64,000 bases of DNA. Origin: a virus. Its lineage: Duplodnaviria; Caudoviricetes. The stretch's first letter is position 1; each line of letters starts with the position of its first letter. The translations under genes were made by a program, and so were the position numbers. The notes below the pieces were generated by a model. The model made no database searches. It had not been told where the DNA came from and saw nothing but the letters and a program-made list of their open reading frames with translations. Positions 59,821 to 64,000 of this stretch are shown one piece after another. The stretch spans positions 9,935-73,934 of the IMG/VR virus record IMGVR_UViG_3300042885_000751; one strand, 5' to 3'.

Positions 59821-60048
59821 TTATTTTTTAATCAACTTTGCCATATAATCATTAAGAACTACCATAAAAGGTGTGTAATCAAGATTATAAAAAGCATCAG
59901 TTGTGTTTTTCCAACCTAAATGCATAAAACATTTATCTAAAGCAGCTTCATCAAAAGTAATACTTTTTTTTATTATATTTTTTTTAACTACTTGATTATG
60001 CATTTTTACAGTATTTCTTCTCTCATTCCATTCTTCCTGTAAACCCAT
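59821..60048 (-). CDS. Hypothetical protein
   Basis: 75-aa ORF. Confidence 0.6.
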   Translation of the reverse strand: MGLQEEWNERRNTVKMHNQVVKKNIIKKSITFDEAALDKCFMHLGWKNTTDAFYNLDYTPFMVVLNDYMAKLIKK

Positions 60049-60058
60049 ATTATTTACT

Positions 60059-60253
60059 TTAACGGTTTTTTCTCTGTTCTATATAATCAATAATAAATCC
60101 TGTAGCAACTATTAAATTCATGCCACATGATGCAACAACTTCTATAATATCTTCATAAACATTTACCATAAGATGTAAATGCCCAACTGTCCAGAATGGA
60201 ATAGCCAAATTTTGACTAATCCACACTGTAAGATATTTTAAAAAATGCTTCAT
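60059..60253 (-). CDS. Small membrane protein
   Basis: MKHFLKYLTVWISQNLAIPFW...; ATG at 60253 lies 4 nt after the upstream stop, so the longer track start is unlikely. Confidence 0.65.
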   Translation of the reverse strand: MKHFLKYLTVWISQNLAIPFWTVGHLHLMVNVYEDIIEVVASCGMNLIVATGFIIDYIEQRKNR

Positions 60254-60257
60254 TTTT

Positions 60258-60608
60258 TTAAATTGACCTAACCGCACGCACATAGTTTGTGAAGTTCTTA
60301 TTGTAGTAGTAGGCATTCCCATAGTTGAAGAGGAAGGACCACGCGAGGCCGTAGTTGGTCCCCGTACTACTCCAATAGCTGTCAGTAGTAATTACTTTAT
60401 GATTATACATAATAAAGCATTCTTCAATAGTTGGTAATCTCCAATCATCTCCTAATTCTTTAACTGCTTTTACAGCATCTTCCCAATTCATTTTACCTAA
60501 TTCTTCAGGATGTACTTCAAATTTATAATGTTGTTCTACAATAATTGATTCTAGTTCTTTATCTTTTTCTTTAGGAACATATACTATTCCATCTATTATT
60601 ACTTCCAT
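60258..60608 (-). CDS. DUF1566/C-type-lectin-fold protein, likely DGR target
   Basis: MNWEDA...WRLPTIEE...YWSST...AW...YVRAVR signature. Confidence 0.85.
   Translation of the reverse strand: MEVIIDGIVYVPKEKDKELESIIVEQHYKFEVHPEELGKMNWEDAVKAVKELGDDWRLPTIEECFIMYNHKVITTDSYWSSTGTNYGLAWSFLFNYGNAYYYNKNFTNYVRAVRSI
60262..60383 (-). repeat. DGR variable-repeat-like segment
   Basis: Abruptly GC-richer; run of NNC/NNT codons (ACC AAC TAC GGC CTC...TCC TTC CTC TTC AAC...TAC TAC TAC AAT) ending in GTGCGTGCGGTTAGG. Confidence 0.75.
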
Positions 60609-60610
60609 AA

Positions 60611-60892
60611 CTATTTCTTTTTAAATTCTACATAACACTCAACTCTATCTGTATGATTTCCTCCCATTCTATCTGAGAAATAGATTACATTTAATGTTTT
60701 ACATTTCCAGCAATATACTAATCCTGTCCAAGGTATAGATTTCAATGTTTCTTGATTAACTTGATCTTTACAACTATAACAACCTTTATTTTGTGTAGTA
60801 TCAATATCTAAAGTTTTATCAAGTTTAAAATGAGGTTCAATATCTTTTGCGGGATCAATTGTAAATTTTGCTTCAAATTCTTGTATAGTCAT
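60611..60892 (-). CDS. Zn-finger-like hypothetical protein
   Basis: CYSC...CWKC pairs. Confidence 0.65.
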   Translation of the reverse strand: MTIQEFEAKFTIDPAKDIEPHFKLDKTLDIDTTQNKGCYSCKDQVNQETLKSIPWTGLVYCWKCKTLNVIYFSDRMGGNHTDRVECYVEFKKK

Positions 60893-60894
60893 AA

Positions 60895-61065
60895 CTATTT
60901 CTTTTCAGATTCATCAATTGCCATATTAGCAAATACAATATGTAATGTAACATCATCATCACATTTCTCACATCTGTAATTAGCTCTTGATCTTATGTAC
61001 CAACCTGCATTACAGCATAGTGTTTTGATATCACTGATCTCCAGTTTCTTCTCTTTCTTCTTCAT
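60895..61065 (-). CDS. Small Zn-ribbon protein (56 aa), not in ORF track
   Basis: MKKKEKKLEISDIKTLCCNAGWYIRSRANYRCEKCDDDVTLHIVFANMAIDESEKK. Confidence 0.6.
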   Translation of the reverse strand: MKKKEKKLEISDIKTLCCNAGWYIRSRANYRCEKCDDDVTLHIVFANMAIDESEKK

Positions 61066-61174
61066 ATTCTCTTTTTTTAGCTATATAATCTCCAATTTCA
61101 ATATCTAGTGGAATGTCATCCACATGTCCGTACTGATTAATTAAATCAATATATATTTGTTTTACTCTTCCCAT
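61031..61174 (-). CDS. Small hypothetical protein (47 aa), not in ORF track
   Basis: MGRVKQIYIDLINQYGHVDDIPLDIEIGDYIAKKREYEEEREETGDQ fills the gap. Confidence 0.55.
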   Translation of the reverse strand: MGRVKQIYIDLINQYGHVDDIPLDIEIGDYIAKKREYEEEREETGDQ

Positions 61175-61617
61175 AATTTTAATACTGATAAGATTAATTG
61201 TTTAGCAGCTACTTCAGGTTTATCAATCTTTTTAAATTGCATATATCTTGAAAAACTTGCTAACTGATTATGTGTTAATGTTATTGATACCGTTGATGCA
61301 GTAGTATTATATTCTCTTTTTTTTACATCAAAATCATTAAATTCAGCTGGATACAGCTTTATAAATTCATTAACATTTTTCAAAAACAACGGATCCTTAA
61401 TCTTATACATATTATATGCTGCTCTTTTAGCATAATTTACTGTACTTGTTGAAGTTAAGTTAGTATAAGTAAAGATTTCTTTTTCTTTTACATTAAAAGT
61501 ATAATGTAAAATAGCTATTAAATAGTTTCTCCTATCTATAACATAAGGCTCTTTTGTTTTTGGTTCACTCTTAATTTTTAATAATTCTTTTACTATATCA
61601 TCTTTAGTGTACTCCAT
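61162..61617 (-). CDS. Putative DNA-binding protein (DnaA C-terminal-like HTH)
   Basis: YVIDRRNYLIAILH...EI...STVNYA resembles DnaA domain IV. Confidence 0.45.
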   Translation of the reverse strand: MEYTKDDIVKELLKIKSEPKTKEPYVIDRRNYLIAILHYTFNVKEKEIFTYTNLTSTSTVNYAKRAAYNMYKIKDPLFLKNVNEFIKLYPAEFNDFDVKKREYNTTASTVSITLTHNQLASFSRYMQFKKIDKPEVAAKQLILSVLKLWEE

Positions 61618-61622
61618 AATAT

Positions 61623-61796
61623 TTAAATAAAAAATGGAAACAAAAATCCTTTAATCTCAGCTACTATAGGACCTACAAATACAGTACTTAAGAACCCGTG
61701 ATTTTGAGACCATAAATACCAAAAATGCATGCTAAATAACTGAGTACAAAATATATATATAAATAAGCTTGTAGCAAATACATTTTCTTTTTCCAT
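61623..61796 (-). CDS. Small membrane protein
   Basis: MEKENVFATSLFIYIF...; ATG directly after the upstream TAG. Confidence 0.6.
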   Translation of the reverse strand: MEKENVFATSLFIYIFCTQLFSMHFWYLWSQNHGFLSTVFVGPIVAEIKGFLFPFFI

Positions 61797-61797
61797 A

Positions 61798-62490
61798 CTA
61801 TTTCTTTTTAAATTGTTCTTCAAAATCTACAAACCAGTCAATTAAAGCTACACCTTTTTTTATTTCAGGTATTTCAAAATTTGGACATACATCAGAGTTT
61901 TCATCATACCAATTAATTATATCAATTAGTGTTTTCATATCTTCCTCAGTATACATTCTATCAGCTTGCCATAAAGCACCATTAATAAATGAATGTCTAT
62001 CTGATGGGATACAGTTTATGTAATGTCTTTCAGCAGCTTCTTCTAATGTTTCTTGTTTAGGTTCTTCTTGTGGTATAGTGATTTTGTAATATAAATCCCA
62101 TTCTCCTTTAGTTTCCCAACTTTCTATTCTAACAAACTCACAAGAACTATTCTTCACATACCACTCCAAGAACTCATCATCTATTGCTTGTACACCATCA
62201 GCAATTAGCTTTTTGTCTGTTGTTAGGATGATTTTTTTAAATACAATACCATATTTTCCATTATCAGAAATTACTTGTTCAGTTACTCTACCAATTTGTG
62301 TATTAAATAATGAAGTTCCAATAGTATGACACCAATCACCAACTTTTATATCTTCATCAGAAGTGATGTAGATGTGTTGACCTGTTACATAAAATGTACT
62401 TCTTCTAGTGTAACATAATTCTTTTCCTTTATCAGCATAAAAGAGATTACTTTCTCCTTCTGTTGGTAATATGTGTATATTTTTTTCCAT
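61798..62490 (-). CDS. Modular hypothetical phage protein
   Basis: HIYITSDEDIKVGDW...KKIILTTD..LIADGVQAIDDEFLEW, ETLEEAAE, MYTEEDM, EQFKKK segments. Confidence 0.7.
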   Translation of the reverse strand: MEKNIHILPTEGESNLFYADKGKELCYTRRSTFYVTGQHIYITSDEDIKVGDWCHTIGTSLFNTQIGRVTEQVISDNGKYGIVFKKIILTTDKKLIADGVQAIDDEFLEWYVKNSSCEFVRIESWETKGEWDLYYKITIPQEEPKQETLEEAAERHYINCIPSDRHSFINGALWQADRMYTEEDMKTLIDIINWYDENSDVCPNFEIPEIKKGVALIDWFVDFEEQFKKK

Positions 62491-62501
62491 AATTATTTAA
62501 G

Positions 62502-62765
62502 TTAAACTAATGCAAAATCTTCTTCAAGAACCTCTTCTGCTTTCTTAGTCTTGCTTGTACTTACTACAGCAAATCTATTAGCATTATAATATTCATAAGG
62601 AAAACATCCATTAAGGTTTATTTCTTCTAACTCATATCCATATGTGTTAGCTTGAATACCCATATTTATTACTCTGACCACTGTGTAGAATTGATCTTCT
62701 ACTAGCCATTGACTTAAAGGAATCTTATTGGGTTTATTTTTTGAATTAATGCATTTGACTTTCAC
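62502..62765 (-). CDS. Hypothetical protein (small beta domain)
   Basis: MKVKCIN...YTV...GYELEE...YNANRF. Confidence 0.65.
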   Translation of the reverse strand: MKVKCINSKNKPNKIPLSQWLVEDQFYTVVRVINMGIQANTYGYELEEINLNGCFPYEYYNANRFAVVSTSKTKKAEEVLEEDFALV

Positions 62766-62994
62766 CTATCTCTACATTTAATTCTAGATCAGATAATTGG
62801 TTATATATATTAAAGATGTCATCAAAGCCACCGGATTTAATATCATATGAACCTATATTATCTACTATTACAGCACACTGTTCTGCTTGATCAGGTGTAT
62901 GTTTACATACTTTAATGAGACAAGCTATGATATATAAAAAATCATGGTGATCATCATTGTATAATGTTATTTTATGTGTCTTTTCCAAAACCAT
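62746..62994 (-). CDS. clpS: ClpS-like N-degron adaptor
   Basis: HKITLYNDDHHDFLYIIACLIKVCKHTPDQAEQCAVIVDNIG matches the ClpS core. Confidence 0.8.
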   Translation of the reverse strand: MVLEKTHKITLYNDDHHDFLYIIACLIKVCKHTPDQAEQCAVIVDNIGSYDIKSGGFDDIFNIYNQLSDLELNVEIGESQMH

Positions 62995-63010
62995 GTTTAT
63001 ATATATTAAT

Positions 63011-63523
63011 TTACAAATTATTTTCCTTAGTTCCTACTATTATTGTGTTTCCTACTTTATTCATGGACTCAACAATATCAGTAAAACCTTTACCATATGG
63101 ATCTACATAGTCTGTGTAAGACTTAAAGTAACCTTTACCAGTTAATGTTTCTATATTCTTAATTAATAAACTCATTCTTGATTTATTATCAAATTCAAGT
63201 TGGATTAAATCCCATCTTGCTGATGCAATTTTAGCTAAAAATAAGTTTAATCTAGTATTAAATTCATCTTTTATGTGAATTTTATGACTATAATCATCAA
63301 AAATTTGTATTAGGGTCATTAAAGCATTAGCATCAGTATTACCAAATACATTCATTGGTTCTTTAATATACTCTTCAGACCATTCATGCCATTCAGATAC
63401 ATCTTTCTTTAATGCATACTTAAACTTTTTATTCTTTTTCATTTCATCAATATCATAAAGAGCACTAGATATTTTTACCAGTGCTCTTATAAATTTGACA
63501 TTGTCTTCATCATATTCTGCCAT
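63011..63523 (-). CDS. Hypothetical helical protein
   Basis: 170-aa ORF. Confidence 0.7.
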   Translation of the reverse strand: MAEYDEDNVKFIRALVKISSALYDIDEMKKNKKFKYALKKDVSEWHEWSEEYIKEPMNVFGNTDANALMTLIQIFDDYSHKIHIKDEFNTRLNLFLAKIASARWDLIQLEFDNKSRMSLLIKNIETLTGKGYFKSYTDYVDPYGKGFTDIVESMNKVGNTIIVGTKENNL

Positions 63524-63525
63524 AA

Positions 63526-63612
63526 TTAGTGATGTATTATATCATAAAGCATTAAGCTTGCAATTATATACCCAATTATGAATGCCGCTAATGCTACAAG
63601 TACTTTTTTCAT
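63526..63612 (-). CDS. Very small membrane peptide (28 aa), not in ORF track
   Basis: MKKVLVALAAFIIGYIIASLMLYDIIHH; ATGA-coupled to the upstream gene. Confidence 0.5.
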   Translation of the reverse strand: MKKVLVALAAFIIGYIIASLMLYDIIHH

Positions 63613-63815
63613 ATATCTATATAAATTAAAAATGATATTTTACGTTTAAGACTAGGATAAGTCTTGATTAAATAAGTTGTTAACTCATCATCCTTATCTT
63701 CTTTACTATAGTGAAACTCAGCATATGAATACTTAATTTTAGGTATTAAAGAATGTTCTCTTAATTTTACTGGGATAGAAGATAAATCTATCACTGTTCT
63801 TGTTATTTTATACAT
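63609..63815 (-). CDS. Hypothetical protein
   Basis: 68-aa ORF. Confidence 0.6.
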   Translation of the reverse strand: MYKITRTVIDLSSIPVKLREHSLIPKIKYSYAEFHYSKEDKDDELTTYLIKTYPSLKRKISFLIYIDI

Positions 63816-64000
63816 ATTAAATTTTTTTTAAAATTAAGCATCCGTTTGAGTCAAGCTTTGGTAAGCCCATATTAGTTTTGATACCGTCTCTGTTTTACTC
63901 TCATCTCTAAAAAAGCATTTGCTACAACTAATAAGACTAAAATTATAAATACATTCATTATTCATTTTCAATATTTAATTCAGCAAAATAGTCATCCCAT

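Noticed and set aside
60254-60322. N-terminal extension MGMPTTTIRTSQ... of the 60059..60322 ORF
   Set aside because: It is an alternative-frame reading of the variable repeat; the ATG at 60253 fits gene packing better
61152-61159. Additional TATATTTG promoter-like match
   Set aside because: Lies within coding sequence on the antisense strand with no neighbouring hairpin or downstream + strand gene; such matches are expected in AT-rich DNA
1-64000. Stop-codon reassignment as seen in some crAss-like phages
   Set aside because: Giant ORFs are intact in the standard code, and TAG and TGA both terminate tightly packed genes

Overview
AT-rich fragment of a crAss-like (Crassvirales-type) phage, probably of a Bacteroidota host, readable in the standard genetic code. 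The + strand (1-39121) is the virion block: IHF/HU-like gene, two tail ring proteins, muzzle/tail-stabilisation protein, low-complexity cargo proteins, and giant ejected proteins including a 3305-aa virion RNA polymerase (DYDVD motif, zincin HEAWH). The - strand (39269-64000) is the replication and early block: family B DNA polymerase, PD-(D/E)XK exonuclease, a MoxR-like ATPase split by a group I intron carrying a GIY-YIG endonuclease, a VWA/zincin partner, a free-standing HNH gene, primase, SSB-like protein, Sak4-like ATPase, DnaB helicase, Ung, ClpS and many small ORFs. Top observations: (1) four consecutive ejected proteins are otherwise cysteine-free yet carry single Cys residues at their facing C- and N-termini, suggesting a head-to-tail disulfide chain; (2) a DGR-type variable repeat in a small early gene with no RT or template repeat in the window; (3) an HNH insertion that replaced the N-terminus of its target gene and has a hairpin/promoter control element; (4) the group I intron in the MoxR gene. 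All family assignments come from motif reading and gene order, not database searches.
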